64,000 nt of DNA from Camelus dromedarius (GCF_036321535.1 NC_087436.1:51648001-51712000); one strand, 5' to 3'; numbered from the stretch's first letter, positions 24,561 through 38,360 are shown. Notes: generated by a model from the sequence alone, not told the origin. Made by a program: numbers and translations.

Positions 24561-26576
24561 CTTTCAAACAAAAGTTTACTGGAAAGAAAGTACAAAGAGT
24601 GTTTGAGAAGGACATTTGAATAAAAATGTAACATAATAATGGAATAGAGAAAAAATGACAGCCTTAGAAATAGTAGTAATACTAGTAAAAGCTACACAGA
24701 TCCAAAATCTGTCATCTAAAACCCTCCCAGGCAAAATGTGTTTTAGAATTCAGATTTTTTTCCCCCAGATTTTAAAAAGGTAGTAACGGTGTGTTTACCT
24801 ATTAGGGAGGGCAGGGGGGAACTGAATAATGAAGAAAATAAAATTGAAGTAAATGGGAAGGAGGGAGAGGGGGGCTTTGACACCAAAAGAGCCCCTGCGT
24901 GTGATGCCATCAACATTCTTTGCAAGTAAACCATGGCCCCAAATTGTGAAACAGCTCTCATAAATGTAGACTAATGCAGCAGAACCTGGCAACATGAATT
25001 AGGAATACTGGAAACTGCAGTTGGGAACAATCACTAGAAGGTCTATAGAGGGGGACCGATGAAATTATCAGAAACTAAGGTGGTAGGATTAGAAGTTGAG
25101 ACAAAACTACGAATTTGCAGACTTTCATCATACGTTTCAAGACATTACTGTATTAAAAGGATATTGCCATGTTCCATAACAATTCTGATTTATGATGAAG
25201 CTAATGATATTTTCTGGTCTTGCAATGGCTCTGTCTCAATATCACATAGCAGTTTCTCATCTTTATTTAGCCTCTGAGCTGAGGACAGCTTGGCAGAAAT
25301 TTGCCCAGGAGGCTCGTGTGCTACCCACTCACACCTACGCACACCAGTGGATGCCATTCACAGATGGCCAATTTCCCCCACCAATGGGATTACATCAGTC
25401 ATCAGTGAATAAAGCCCAGAGATTTTTCTTATGAAACCTTTGTCCTGAAGTGACTTGCTCAGGAACACACAGTAAGTGCAAGATCTGTTGATTGAAACTT
25501 TCGCTCTTGGCTTGGCAGAGCCTTTCCACCAAACACTTTTGTCCTAGGTGAGAATGTGAACAAAAGGAAAAGCTCTCTAACATAACTCACTGAGTTTCGA
25601 AAGTGTTCCATCTTTGGGGTTTTATTCTTCTTCTTTTTTTTTAATATTTTACTTTAGCTTGGCATGTAATCTCACCTGACTAGGAGGTCTCTTTTGAGTC
25701 AACAGTAGAAAAAGCAAGTCAATTCTATGCAGCGACCATCCACTGAGAAGTCATTGGCTAAGACCTGGAAGATTACTGCATGTGGAGGCAGCTACTCTCT
25801 GTGCATTAGTGAAACTGAGCATGAAACAGGAGCTGTACATATAAACCTTGTTCAAGCCAAGACGAGAAAGAAAGAGAACTGACATTGCACTAAAAAGAGT
25901 CCAAACTCAGCCATTTAAGAGGTGACTTGTCTGACAGTGTCTTGAAATGAGATTAGAGGCTGATTAAACAAACTCAAATAAAGGAAGCGGCAGTGCAGAC
26001 AACATTTCAACTATTACTCATTCTTTTATAGTCTAAGTATTTCAAGATTCTTAGAACATGCTGTGATTTTTTTTTAGCAATGCAGAAAAACTGAAAAACC
26101 TTTACAAAAGCATGGTTACAAATAAAGTTTCCATTCAAACATAACGATCTTATTTTGTCAGTTTCAACCAATATTTTAAGAGCCTAGTGTTATAGCTTGC
26201 TATTTTTCTTTCATTTCAGATTTTTCAGTAAACAAATGTATCACCATGATTAAGAGATGACTAGACAGAAGCCATTATGCTTTAGATGTGCCTTGAGACA
26301 ATTCTCACCATTCAGACTCCTGCCTATTTAGTTCCACAGGGGGTCTTATAAACCTATCCCTACTTGATATGCTTTCTTTTTAAACCTTATAAAGATTGAA
26401 GTAGTGAAACAATAACCACTTTGCCAAAAACTTACATTGCACTGTAATTTGGACCAAAGGCTCAAGGCCTTCTTTCTCTTCAACTTTTCCCTATGTTTTT
26501 GTTTAAAAATGTCATCACAATGTGTTATATTCATAGTCATGGTGACAAAGGTACTTTGAAAGTCTTCATAAAGAGG

Positions 26577-27060
26577 TAATTAGTAAGAACTCTGGTTGAA
26601 AGTTGCAAAACCAACTTGAGCTTGCTTTTGTTAAAAAGAAAGTGGAAATTTATAACAATATAGAAGGGGCTCATGGAAGATTATTATAGAAATGCTTGGA
26701 CATGTGAACAGAAAATCCTTCAGACTTTTTGTCTCTGTAGTTCAGTAAACATCTTTGCCCTTTCCTCTGCAGATCTTCTTTTCTGCCTTCTCACTGCATG
26801 TAACAGAAGATGATCAAGTCACAGTTCTCAAGATTATAGCATCTCTCAAAGTAATACTGAACTAGAATTTTTTAGTCCAAAATAAAAAATTATGGAGTAG
26901 AACTTAACTGGCCTGGCTTGAGTCAGGTATCTACTCTGTATCCAATCAGCTGTGGTCAGAGAGGTATTATTATCAGAAATCTACCACTATGATCGAATGT
27001 GAGGGAGGGAAGATCCACTTAAGAATGTTGTTTAACATACACTCTGGAATATGTCTACTA
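26577..27060 (-). mobile_element. Old MaLR LTR (MLT1-type)
   Basis: taattagtaagaactctggttgaaagttgcaaaaccaac...ttaactggcctggcttgagtcaggtatctactc...ccaatcagctgtgg. Confidence 0.55.
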
Positions 27061-27141
27061 AAGCATCCTGCTTAGGTCCTCTACAGGCAAATACATCCTT
27101 CTTCCTACACATGCAGTTCCAAAGATGCCTTTACATAACAT

Positions 27142-27706
27142 TGTAGGCAGATTTCCAACATAGTCCCCAGTGATTCTCACCTCTTGATATTTATGCCCTT
27201 GTGTAATCCTTCCCCGTAAGTGTAGGCTGAACCTAGTGACTTGCTTCTAACCAACAGAATATGGCAAAGGTAATGGTATGCCACGTCTCCGATTAGACTA
27301 AAAAAGATTTTGACTACAGTATTGCCAGGAGGTTCTCTCTACTGCCCTCTTGATTTGCATGCTTTTATGAAGTGGGCCATATTGGAGAGGCCCACAGGGC
27401 AAGAAACTGAGGCATAACTTCTGGCCAATAATTAGCAAGGAACTGAGGCCCTCAGTCCAATGATCTATGAGAAACTGAATCCTGCCAGTAGTCACCTGAG
27501 CTTGAAAGCAGATCCTTCTGCAGTCAAATTTTGAGACGAGGACAATCAGGCAATACCTTGACTGCAGCCTATGAGAGATCCTGAAACAGAGGACCCAGCT
27601 AAGCTGTGCTCAAATTCCTAACTCACAGAAGTTATGAGATAATAAATGTGGGTTATTTTAAGTTGTTAAGTTTTGGGGCAACTCAGTACACACCGTAACT
27701 GATGCA
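27142..27706 (+). mobile_element. MLT1E/F-like MaLR solo LTR
   Basis: tgtaggcag...cccagtgattctcacctcttgatatttatgcccttgtgtaatcc...aaggaactgaggccctcagtcc...gagataataaatgtg...ttttaagttgttaagttttgggg. Confidence 0.88.
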
Positions 27707-27929
27707 CATGACGTGATCTACGTATATCCCATCAACGGCTGCACATATGCCCATCCCCAACCTTCTAAGGTGACCATCCGGAGTCATGAACTGATTCTTC
27801 ATCCAGAGGTAATTTACTTGAGCCACTTTGCTCCCAGCTTATAATCTCTGGATGACATTCATTATACCTTTGATTTAATCTTTACTTAGTCTAGGGTGAT
27901 TTCTCTCTAAAGGATAAACTTAACAACTG

Positions 27930-28689
27930 ATTTTACACACATTTATTGAGAACCTATTACCAAGCACTGTTCTAAGCACCTGGGGTATATCAGTGAGCAA
28001 AACATACAAAGATCTTTGCTGTTATAACTTGATATCCTGGCATAGGGAGATGGAGAAAAAAAGACATAATAAATCTTCATTTCATTAAGTCTGGGAGAGA
28101 AATTTCTTCACATTTTTAACAACTAATATCTGGGTGCATCTAACAATTGGTAGCATATCATGGTTTGATCAGCAGCTTTTCTTCTTTCCTAGTTGTACCA
28201 TAAAATAATGGTACATCTGAAAGTTGTTGATTCTTAGATTTGCTGATTATATAAATTATATAGTGTATTAGAAGATATAAATGGTTTGAAAAAGGGCTGG
28301 GGTTAGATGGGAGGGAGCAGATGGTAGTATTAAGTGGGATGGTCTGGGCAGGCCTTACCTGGACTTACTAAAAAGGTGATATTTGAGAAAAGCCTTGAAT
28401 ATGTGAGGGAGGTAGCAAAGCAGATACCTGAGGAACACTGCAGCCAGAGAAAACAGCTAGGTGAGAGGACCTAAGGCAGACACATGCCAGGGGTTTTCAG
28501 CGGCAGCCCACAGGCCCCTGTGGGTGGAGCACACCTAGCAAGAAGGAGAGAAAGAGGGGAAGGTAGTGGACTACTGGGAGTCCGCTCAGGTGAGACCTTA
28601 GAAGTGGGTGGAAAGACTTTGGCTTTTACTCTGGATAAAGCAGGAAGAGCCACTAAAGGATTAAGAGTGAGAAGATCTGACTTAAGTTT
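27930..28689 (-). mobile_element. L2 LINE 3' region (interrupted by MER104 and by a young L1; resumes about 30085-30135)
   Basis: catttattgagaacctattaccaagcactgttctaagc...aaggtgatatttgag...gactttggcttttactctgga...gatctgactta. Confidence 0.8.
28075..28250 (+). mobile_element. MER104-like (TcMar-Tc2) element
   Basis: ttcacatttttaaca...tgcatctaacaat...cagcttttcttctttcctagttgtaccataaaataatggtacatct...cttagattt. Confidence 0.65.
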
Positions 28690-29181
28690 TGTTTTGTTTT
28701 GTTTCAATTGAAGTATAGTTGATTTATAATCTTGTGTTAGTTTCTTGTGTACAGCATAGTGATTCAGTCATATATATATGTGTGTGTATATATATATACA
28801 TATATATATATATGTTCTTTTTCATATTCTTTTTCGTTATAGGCCATTAGAAGGTAGTGAATATAGTTCCCTGTGTTATACAGTAGGAACTTGTTTTTCA
28901 AGTATTCTGTATATAGTAGTTTGTATCTGCTAATCCCAAACTCCTAATTTACCCCTACTCCCTCTCCCCTTCCCCTGTTTGTTTTCTATGTCTGTGAGTC
29001 TGTTTGTGTTTTGTAAGTAAGTTTATTTGTCTCATTTCTTTAGAATCCACATATAAGTGACATGATGTGGTATTTGTCTTTGTCTGACTTACTTCACTTA
29101 GTATGATAATGTCTAGGTCCACCCATGTTGCTACAAATAGCTTTATTTCATCCTTTTTTGTAGCTGAGTAGTATTACATTT

Positions 29182-29218
<37 letters not shown>

Positions 29219-30004
29219 TTATCCAGTCATCTGTTGATGGATATTTAGGTTGCTTCCATGTCTTGGCTACTGTAAATAGTGCTGCTGTGAACACTGGGGT
29301 GCATGTGTCTTTTTGAATTATACTTTTCTCCAGGTATATGCCATTACTGGGGTTGCTGGATCATATGGTAAGTCTATTTTTAGTTCTTTAAGGCACCTCC
29401 ATACTGTTTTCTATAGTGACTGCACCAAATTACATTCCCACCAACAGTGTAGGAGTGTTCCCTTTTTCCACACCCTCTCCACCAATTATCATTTGTGGAC
29501 TTTTAAATGATGGCCATTCTGACTGGTGCAAGGTGACACTTCATTGTAGTTTTGATTTGCATTTCTCTGATAATTAGCGATATCGAACATCTTTTCACGT
29601 GCCTTTTGGTCATCTATATATCTTTGTTGGAAAAATATCTACTTAGGTCTCTTGCCCATTTTTTTCATTGGTCTTTTTGTTGTTGTTATTGAGTTGTATG
29701 AGCTGTTTGTATATTCTGGAAATTAAGCCCTTATCAGTTGCATCATTTGCAAATATTTTCTCCCATTCTGTAGGTTGTTGTTTCATTTTGTTTATGTTTC
29801 TTTTGCTGTGCAAAAGCTTGTAAGTTTGATTAAGTCCCATTTGTTTATTTTTGCTTTTATTTCTATTGCCTTGGTAAACTGACCTAGGAAGATTGCTACA
29901 ATTTATGTCAGAGAATGTTTTGCCTATGTTTTCTTCTAGGAGATTTATGGTTTCCCATCTTATTTTTAAGACTTTAAGCCATTTAGAGTTTATTTTTGTG
30001 TATG
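28690..30004 (-). mobile_element. Young artiodactyl/camelid L1, 5' truncated (3' UTR plus ORF2 end), containing (TA)n and (CA)n tracts
   Basis: (gtttt)n tail then aattgaagtatagttgatttataat...tacagcatagtgattcagt; ORF 29643-30020 ([10 protein letters not shown]...WEKIFANDATDKGLISRIYKQL) is L1 ORF2. Confidence 0.95.
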
Positions 30005-30309
30005 AACTTAAATGAGTCACTTGGGCTACTGTATTAAGATTCTAAGAGACTGCCTTTTCTCCATTTCATATACCTTCCTTCTTTCTGGCTTAAGTTTCCA
30101 AAGGGTCACTCTGGCCACTGTGTTGAGGTTAGGCTCCACTTGAGCAGAGGTTCTGCTATTATTTTATCATTTGCATTTAACACTAAAAATACTGTATGTT
30201 AGGTTCCTCTTTCTTTTGGTTCATCACACTCCAGTGTTGGTGAGAAATTTTAAAAAAACTCATGTTTCCTGTTCATAGTTGCTGTAACTAGACCCAAGGT
30301 TTTACTTTT

Positions 30310-30315
<6 letters not shown>

Positions 30316-30366
<51 letters not shown>
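30316..30366. repeat. (TG)n microsatellite
   Basis: Read directly. Confidence 0.98.
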
Positions 30367-30370
<4 letters not shown>

Positions 30371-31849
30371 ATACAGTTGTCAATGAATTAAAGACATTGA
30401 GGTTTTATCCTTTTATGCTTTTATTGGAGATTTATTGTATATGAGGGTAGAAATGCCATATATTTTTTTCCTTTGCATATTTTACTGTGAATAGAAGAAT
30501 TATGTAATATATTTCTGTAGCATGAATTGCACACTTGTAACAAACATCTCTCTGTATGTACACTATCTATATATGTTACTGCCTGTCAATAATTCTATAG
30601 GAAAGTATAATATGTAATGAATTTTTTCTTGTTAGAATCTGATCTTCATCCCTCTTCCCTCACGTCTCATGATTCAATTAAACTTACGGTTTTAAACACT
30701 ATCTATATGCTGAGCACTCCCCAAAGAACCAAACAACTTCTAAATTCATATTCACATTTCAACTGCCCGCTAAGAATCTCCACCAGTAATTTTCATAGGA
30801 ACCACGAACATACTGTATTTAGAACTAACTTTAGCACCTTCCACCCACAAATTTATTCTCTTCACCCCCAGTTAAGTTAAACTTTCTACCCTTCATCCCA
30901 ATTCACCCGGTCACTTAACAGATTTTAGTAATGACTCTGTAAGCTGTTATTTTATACACATATGTGTTCTTTCATATACGTGTGTGTACATATATGTGTG
31001 TATATACATATACATGTTATTTTATATATATGTGTGTGTATGTGGTCCATTACCCACCCTTACTATTTAGTCTAGGCCATGCACTTTCCTTAAGTAGACA
31101 AACTTAAGAGCTTTCTCAAAAAGATCTAAATTTGATTCCCAGTTCTACCTCTTCCTTATATTTAAAAGCAAAACAAAGATACCTTTGCCCCAGTCCCTCA
31201 TCTGTGAAACAGAGATAAAATGTCAGCTTCATAGAGAGTGTCTGAAAGCTGCTTTCATTGTGCTTTGTACCCAGTAAGAGCTCAATAATAATTGTTATAT
31301 AATTATATACATATACTTACTGCTATAATAACGTTATTAATTATGTTTTAGATAAAAGTGGATTTGAAATAGCTGTCTTTAGCTTGTAAAAATAGGGATG
31401 GTTTATTTTTAATGTTATAAAATGAACTATAACTTTTTTATCAAAAAATAAAATAATCTTTTAAAAGTTTTAATTAAATCAGGGTTTGCCTCTACTTTTA
31501 TTATTACAATTGAAAGTTCTTAATCACAGGAAAAAGAATATACTACTAGTGAAATATTTGCTTCCTTAAATTATCATTACATTAAACTTTCTCTTTTTAA
31601 TGTTTACCATAATAATTTTCTGTCTTCTGAAAACATAGCTATTAACATAATTCATGGCCAAATTGGTCAGCTACTTGATAAAATATTAAATAATGAGTAT
31701 CTCCCACAGAGTCTCTGCCAGCCTATATGGATTTTATTGAATACGCTGGTACATTTCCGATCCTTCAAGATTTCTCTGGTATCGCACTGGGCACTGGAGC
31801 TGTTGTTTGCAATAAATTAGCTAAGGCCACATCAAATGCCACAGAGGAC

Positions 31850-32040
31850 CAGTGCAGTGTACCGGATAAGAGCTGAGACTCCTGAGCCTCACCCTCCAGG
31901 TTCAAAATCACAGCTTCCCCATTACTGAGTGACTCTAGGCAAGGCAACCAAACCCTGTTTCTGCACATGTAAAACATGCATAACACTACCTGATCACAGG
32001 GCTGTTGTGACTGTTAAATAAACAGTCAATAAATTTAGAA
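31850..32040 (+). mobile_element. MIR SINE
   Basis: agtgcagtgt...taagagctgagactc...ggttcaaaatcacagcttccccattactg...gtgactctaggcaag...cacagggctgttgtga. Confidence 0.75.
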
Positions 32041-32492
32041 GGTTTTTATCACACTTGAGAGAAACACAGAGGGCATCAACACATAAAAGACTGAATTCCT
32101 GCAGTAAAAAGAACTTGTTTACATCTTTCACCCCAGTATTTCCTCAAACTCCTTCATTACCCCCTTTTCAATAATACCTTTAAATATGTCAAGTATTAGT
32201 GTTCTAGGGATTAAAATGTAAAAGTTGCTGTGTGAAAAGGATGAGATTTGGGGTCCAGAAAGACTGGCTATCTACTCCCAGCATGACTGCTTACACTCGT
32301 ACCTGTCAGCAAGCCGAGTTTTTCATAAATGTTGATTTTTATCAAACACAACAATAACTCACAGAACTGATACCAGTTTTAAATGGTAAAATACATACAA
32401 TATTTAGCACGGAGCCTGCTATTTAGTCCCAGGTAATGTTCTCTTCCTTCCATCTTCCCTGTCTTCATTCACTCTTCAAGAAGTACTTAAGG

Positions 32493-32580
32493 TGATTCAC
32501 TTTGCCGTACACCTGAAACTAACATTGTAAACTGACTACATTTCAATTAAAAAATGACTTTTAAAAATTAAATTAAAAAA
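32493..32580 (+). mobile_element. Very short 3'-terminal L1 insertion with A-rich tail
   Basis: tgattcactttgccgtacacctgaaactaacattgtaaactgactac is the artiodactyl L1 terminus; decayed TSD aagaagtacttaagg (32478-32492) versus aaaaagtattcaagg (32578-32592). Confidence 0.8.
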
Positions 32581-35500
32581 AAGTATTCAAGGAGAAATGA
32601 TAACCAACTTGCAGGAATGGAGTACCAGAGGCCCAAGTATTTCATTAGTTAGACTGCCTTCTAGGGTCCCTTCCAACTGTGACATGCTGTGAACCTATGA
32701 TTCTAATTCTAGAAGCAAGGAAGTGGGAAAAAGTGGTCCACACCAGATGCTGAATCAGTGCTCGTTAATTTTAGGCAAATCTAAGCATATCAGAAAGGTT
32801 GTGATAAGCACTAGTTCCTCTCTTGCTATTCTTGTCTTGTACTCCAACAGTCTTGAGGGGAGAGAGATCAAGGATGCTCTCTGCTTCTTGCCTTGAGGGT
32901 AGTCATGGTTAGGGGCTAAGGGCACTTTGTTGACTAATGACGGACATAAGCAAGCCTATATAAGGGTCAACATTTCTTTCTGGCTCTTTGAATGCTCTTC
33001 CTTCCAGAAGGGTAGAGCCCCAGTACCTTACAAGAGAGTAATACCTGACACAGGTCCTAGCATCTCTGTCCCAGTTTTCTTTCCACCTCTTAGGGCTTCC
33101 TCTTGCTACTGATTTCACCCTTCTAGACAGCTTTTCTTCACAGTTAGAATGTGAAGAGCCAAGATTCAGAATGAGCTTAAGAGAGATATAAAGTCTTTTT
33201 GCAGAAATTTGGTTTCAGGTAAAAGGTAGCTATGTCAAAGCAAAGAGAAGTTTTCACCTAGTTCAGCCTAGCTATCTAGGAAACTAAACTGGGGTTTGGG
33301 GTAAAGTCACATCAAGCAACCTTGCTTCATCTTAGGTAGGCATCCTTTGACTTTGGGACTAAACACTGCAGTATGTGGTTAGTCAAGCACAGGGACCTGA
33401 TACTCAGATCGGCTGTACTTCAGGATCTGTGCTCCCCTCCATAGGTTTCCAATATACTTTCAATGGTAGAAAAAGGCATTACGAGAATGTACCATTGTCC
33501 AGTAATGACGTGTGGCTTTACTACTGTCCTGCTTCCTAAATTCAGGAAATTGAAATCAGAAATACAAAAATGGGGGAAAATGATCAAATTTCACAATTCT
33601 TTGGTTTAATTCTACTGCTGGATTTTCATTTTCCTGAACCTGTTTGGATGCCAGTTCTGCAGCGAAATATCCGTCTACCACAAGGCTTTAGAGAACAGAT
33701 GTGAAAGAGATTAGATAGACTCTGCCTTAAAGCAACTTGCCATTTGCACTTGGGGATTGAAAAGGGGGAGGATTAACTTGTGGTATTGGCCCATGTAATA
33801 CCCATTTTGTTTCTCTTAAGATTTATTTCCATTTGCTCTGTTCTAGTGCAATCCTCACTATTTCAATAAATGGTTAATCTTATTCTCTATTAGGGTGAGT
33901 CCTGATTCTGAAGCCCACTGTGGTCCATCTGCCAACAACAATGCTTAAATAATGAAAACACTGGCTTTTATCATTATAAAGCCCTACGATGGGCTGATTA
34001 ATTTCAGAATTGCATTTTATGGATTCTCACTATTCTATACTTGCACAGATTCATTTTGACAAGCCACGGTCCACATTCTCACTGCGAACTGAGTGGGATT
34101 ATTTCAGCTACCCAAATTTACATGTACAACACTGGAACAGGAACAATCCTAAACAAAACAGGCTCTGTGGTTGGTGATTATTTCATCATCATAGTACTGA
34201 AAACTTCAACTGGAGAAAGGGAATGTTGAGGGTGAACAAGTAACTGTGCCCCATGAATAGCCTGTCTTGAAAATAACTGTAAATGTTAAGTTATAATTGT
34301 AATAAAATTACACTACAATTAAGTCAACAGAGCATATTTCTATTCATCTGGTGTCCTTGCTCTGCTCCAGGGGACCAACCTTGAAACTGTCACTGAGTAT
34401 CACTGAGCCTCATTTTCTTCATCTGTAAAATGAAAAATTGATTTAAATGACCCACAAGGTCTCTTTCAGATCTGAAAGTGTGATTCTCAACTCACATGCC
34501 CTGCTAGATACACAGATCTACATATCTAACTAGATACACAGTATGAAGAGTTACTACGAATGCCTGTGGTTAGTATTACTTTTGTATAACTGAAGTTTTT
34601 TTCTTCAATGTTTACTTTTCCAGCATCTGCAATTACTGTCAACATCAATAATGAATTGTCATTATTATCACCACAGACAGTCTCTCAGGGTGAAAAGAAA
34701 AAGGTTGGCCATGGTGAAATGCCCCTAGCTCCTGCCAGTTTGTCCACTGGCTCCCACTGGCTCACTGCTGGGCCTTTGCACTTGCTGTTCCCCCTTCAAA
34801 GGTCATTCCTGACCAAGTCCCTGCTTTTCCTGGCTAGCTCTAATTCATGCTGCATGACTCATTTCAAGTCAGCTCCTGTAACACGGTGAACTTAGCCCTA
34901 CTGTTGTACAACACATTGCAAATGCCAATTTATGTCCCTGCCTCCTATTATACTGTCAATTTCATAAGGGATGGGTCCACATTTTCTTTTTTGTCCTTAT
35001 GCCAATGCTCAGCACAGTGCTTGAAGTAAGACTGGCGTAAGTCTGCACAGAGGATGGAAAGAAGGGAGCCAGTGTCTATTAGGGAATAGGGAGTTGAAGA
35101 GATAACAGAAGGGCAAGGCCAGTTAAAACACTTAAAGACTAGATGCTGACACGTATTCCTACATATCCATCAGTTCTGGGAAATGAGCCATACACAACCA
35201 CATCTGGGGTTGATCATTTCCTGGGAATGGCTGGTGACTGGAAGTGGGGAGGGGCTCAGAGAACATTACTCACTCCTGAGCAGCTTCAAAGAAAGCTAAA
35301 GTAAAAGTAATTAGAAACTGTCTTTTCCCACAATATACCCCTAACATTTAAATTCTCAAATTTCAGAGAGGGGAGTGGGGAGAAAAGGAAAAAACTGTTT
35401 ATGTGGGTGCATACATATGCTAGCCTCTGAAAAAGATTTCAGAAAAGTGATGTGTTTTTAAGTGAAGGTAAACCATTTTTTCAGTATCTCACTGATAGGC

Positions 35501-37639
35501 TGAGGGATATGAAAGACTCTAGTTACAGAATCAAGTTCAAAGCAGCAAGTGAAATGAAATTTTTCTGGAATTGAAAAGTAAAAGTTTAAGTTCAGGTAAA
35601 GACGCTAGTGTAATTGTATTGGATGGTGTGAATGCATCACAAGAAAAGTGTGAAGGTCCCTGTTTTAGGAGAGGGAAGAGGTTGGCAGCAGGTGGTCTAA
35701 AGAGGGTGGCTACGTGTGCTGCAGATGAACTGAAGCAGATTACAATGGACCAAAATCAATTTCTTTGTAGTTTTAACAAGGGCGTGCCAGTTTATCTACA
35801 TATTTATCTGTGCAAAACAAATAGATGCTGCGAGCAGAAATACCACCTCCCAGCCACACGTGCTGAGCATGCAAGACTATGAATAGGAATAATAGCGGGT
35901 GGGACATGTGATGAGGATGCCAGAAGGAGCTCCCGCCCTGCAAGTAGCCACCTGCCCATGGAGAACACCTACTCATGCTCAGTGGTAACTGACAAAGGCT
36001 TTTTTCATTTGTTTTTCATCTTGTCTGCCTCTGGCTATGTGAAGCAGATATACTAGAAATCTGGGCAGCGAAAGGTTGAAAGTAGTGATTTGTCTCATAA
36101 GACAGTGTAATGAACAAATAGCTATTCTTTCAAATCTGTATCTTCTTATATTTCTATATAAAGTTGATGCTCAGGGCAGTTACTGTTTTCCTCAACTTCT
36201 TCTTGAAACTGATGCCTAGCTTTCTAACAGAAAAAGATAGGGAGACAAAGACATCTAGCAGTGATTCTTCAAAATCTAGCCCATAATGGACTCTATATGC
36301 TAAATAAAACTGAGATACAGTGGAAGTGGTTTCCTTGGTAATAATAGCTACAAAAGTAATTTTCAAACTTGCAAAACTCTTTGTGCCTTTTTTACTGTAA
36401 ATATTCCAGTGGCACAAATAACTAAATTAAGAGTAAAATGATGGGGGAAATGGGGGAAGGTCCAGGCCCCTAAAGGTGGACGGTTTGGTTAAAGCAGAGC
36501 AAACTGGGAGTAGAATAACAGGTTATGGGTTATAAAAAGCTGAAACAGGGAAGAAATGAATTATTTAGCTTGGTTCAAGGGAAAAGAGGTAGATATGAAA
36601 TTCAGAAAAGAATATTTCTCTGTCAGGAGAAATATCCCAGAGAGAGAAAAAAATGAGTTAGTAGTTCCATAATATTCCAGAATAGTCTCTGAAAAGAAGT
36701 TAGGCAAAACTCCATCCTTCTGGACAATGGAAAAGTGAATCATTGCAAAACATTAAAGGCAATATTAGAGCAGCCATACTCTTCTGAAAGGAGGGTGAAG
36801 ATTTTCTCTTCGAGGCTCTAACTGTTATGACTCTTTGGTTCACCTGATCTGGAATGATTATTTTTTTTAATTGAAAAAACAAAACATGTAACTGTAACCC
36901 AATCCATAGGATCTCTCTAAAGAGAAAGCAAATATTAATGAACTGGTTTTCATTCTTAAAAACAAAACAAGCAGGTTTCTGAAAATTCTCCAAACAGGGC
37001 ACATTTTCTGAGCTTGGAGAAGGGGTAAAGAGCCTAAGTACTGTAACAGGAGTGTTCTCCGGTGGAGCCTAACAGGGTTCTAGCACCCTCTTTGGAAACA
37101 TGGTGGGGGCACCTGTGGTTTAAGACTGACCCTTGCAGTTAAGAACTTCAACAAATCCGTAAGCACCTCTGAGGATATACCGAGAGTCACACGACCGCTT
37201 GTTCCATTTATACGAAAGCCTGGTTCAACCAGAGACACACAGGGTCCCAAGGCAGGTCTCCCTGTGCTCTCAGGGAAGAGGGGAAAATCTGTTCTAAGGC
37301 ACTTTGACTTCAGTTGTCTCTCACTTTCCGCTAAATATAGAAATACAATTTCTGATATTAAAGGAACTGTATCACCGAAAGATTAAATTACAGTAATAGC
37401 TTACGTGTTCTGACTGCCTACAGTGCATTATTGTCAATCTTCCCAACCTCCCAATAGTGCTATTTGCCCAGCTTTACCAGTCAGGAAACTGACTGCAGTT
37501 CAGTCTCTCTCCCAATCTCTCTCTCTCTTTCAGTGCTGGGGGTGGGAGGTTGTTTGGTCTAAGCTTAAACAGTTAAGAGCCTAAACCAGGACTCAAACTC
37601 ACCTATGCATATCTTCAGTACTCTATTTTGCTACACTTC

Positions 37640-38140
37640 TAAAGCTTATTCCTTGGTATTCAAAGGCTTTCACAATCTGATCCCAATATATATTGTTACC
37701 TTTTTTTTTTTAAATCACTCTCTATGACATGTTCTACATGTGCGATTAAGTAAACCTCTTACAGTTCGATGGATATTTTCTGTCCTTTCCTATATTCAAT
37801 CTTTGCACATACAAATCATACCCAACACACTTACCTATGTCAGATTCCAATTGCTCTTTAAGATCTCACTCAAATCCTTCTCCGTATTACTGTCCTTAAT
37901 CCCCTATCAAGAAACATCTTTTCCTTTTCTGTCCTTTCATGGAATAATATTTCTCCTTGTTTATATAGCATTTATCGCTCTCAACCTGGTTTAAGCTATT
38001 TGTAACTCTCCTGTCTCTGTTATTAGCCTCTCTCTAGTGGTGGCATCCATGTCCAATTTAATTTAGTTTTCTACCAAGTATCTTAAATATAGCCACTGAT
38101 GAAAATGCTTTCGTTGAATGGCTTAAATAATGAATAAACC
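37640..38140 (+). mobile_element. L2 LINE 3' region
   Basis: ttggtattcaaaggctttcacaatctgatccca...ctttgcacat...ctttaagatctcactcaaat...gttgaatg...aatgaataa. Confidence 0.6.
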
Positions 38141-38360
38141 CAAAATGATCCATTTAGAAGTCATTGTCAGGTCCTCATTATCATCAGCATCATTGCAGAG
38201 GCGGCAAGTGTAATATGAACTCCTTGAGTAATATATGAAAATTATACTTTCAAGATGGCTTTATATATAATTTACATATGGTTTTAGAGAATTTCACACG
38301 TCTTCCCTTTGAAATGGCATAATATCTTAAGATGGTCAAGAAGGTGGAAACTGTCAGAAA

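Noticed and set aside
25727..25882. 51-codon ATG ORF in unique sequence (MQRPSTEKSL...)
   Set aside because: No recognisable homology, promoter or splice context; length is within chance expectation.
29643..30020. 125-aa minus-strand ORF
   Set aside because: L1 ORF2 C-terminal fragment of the truncated young L1.
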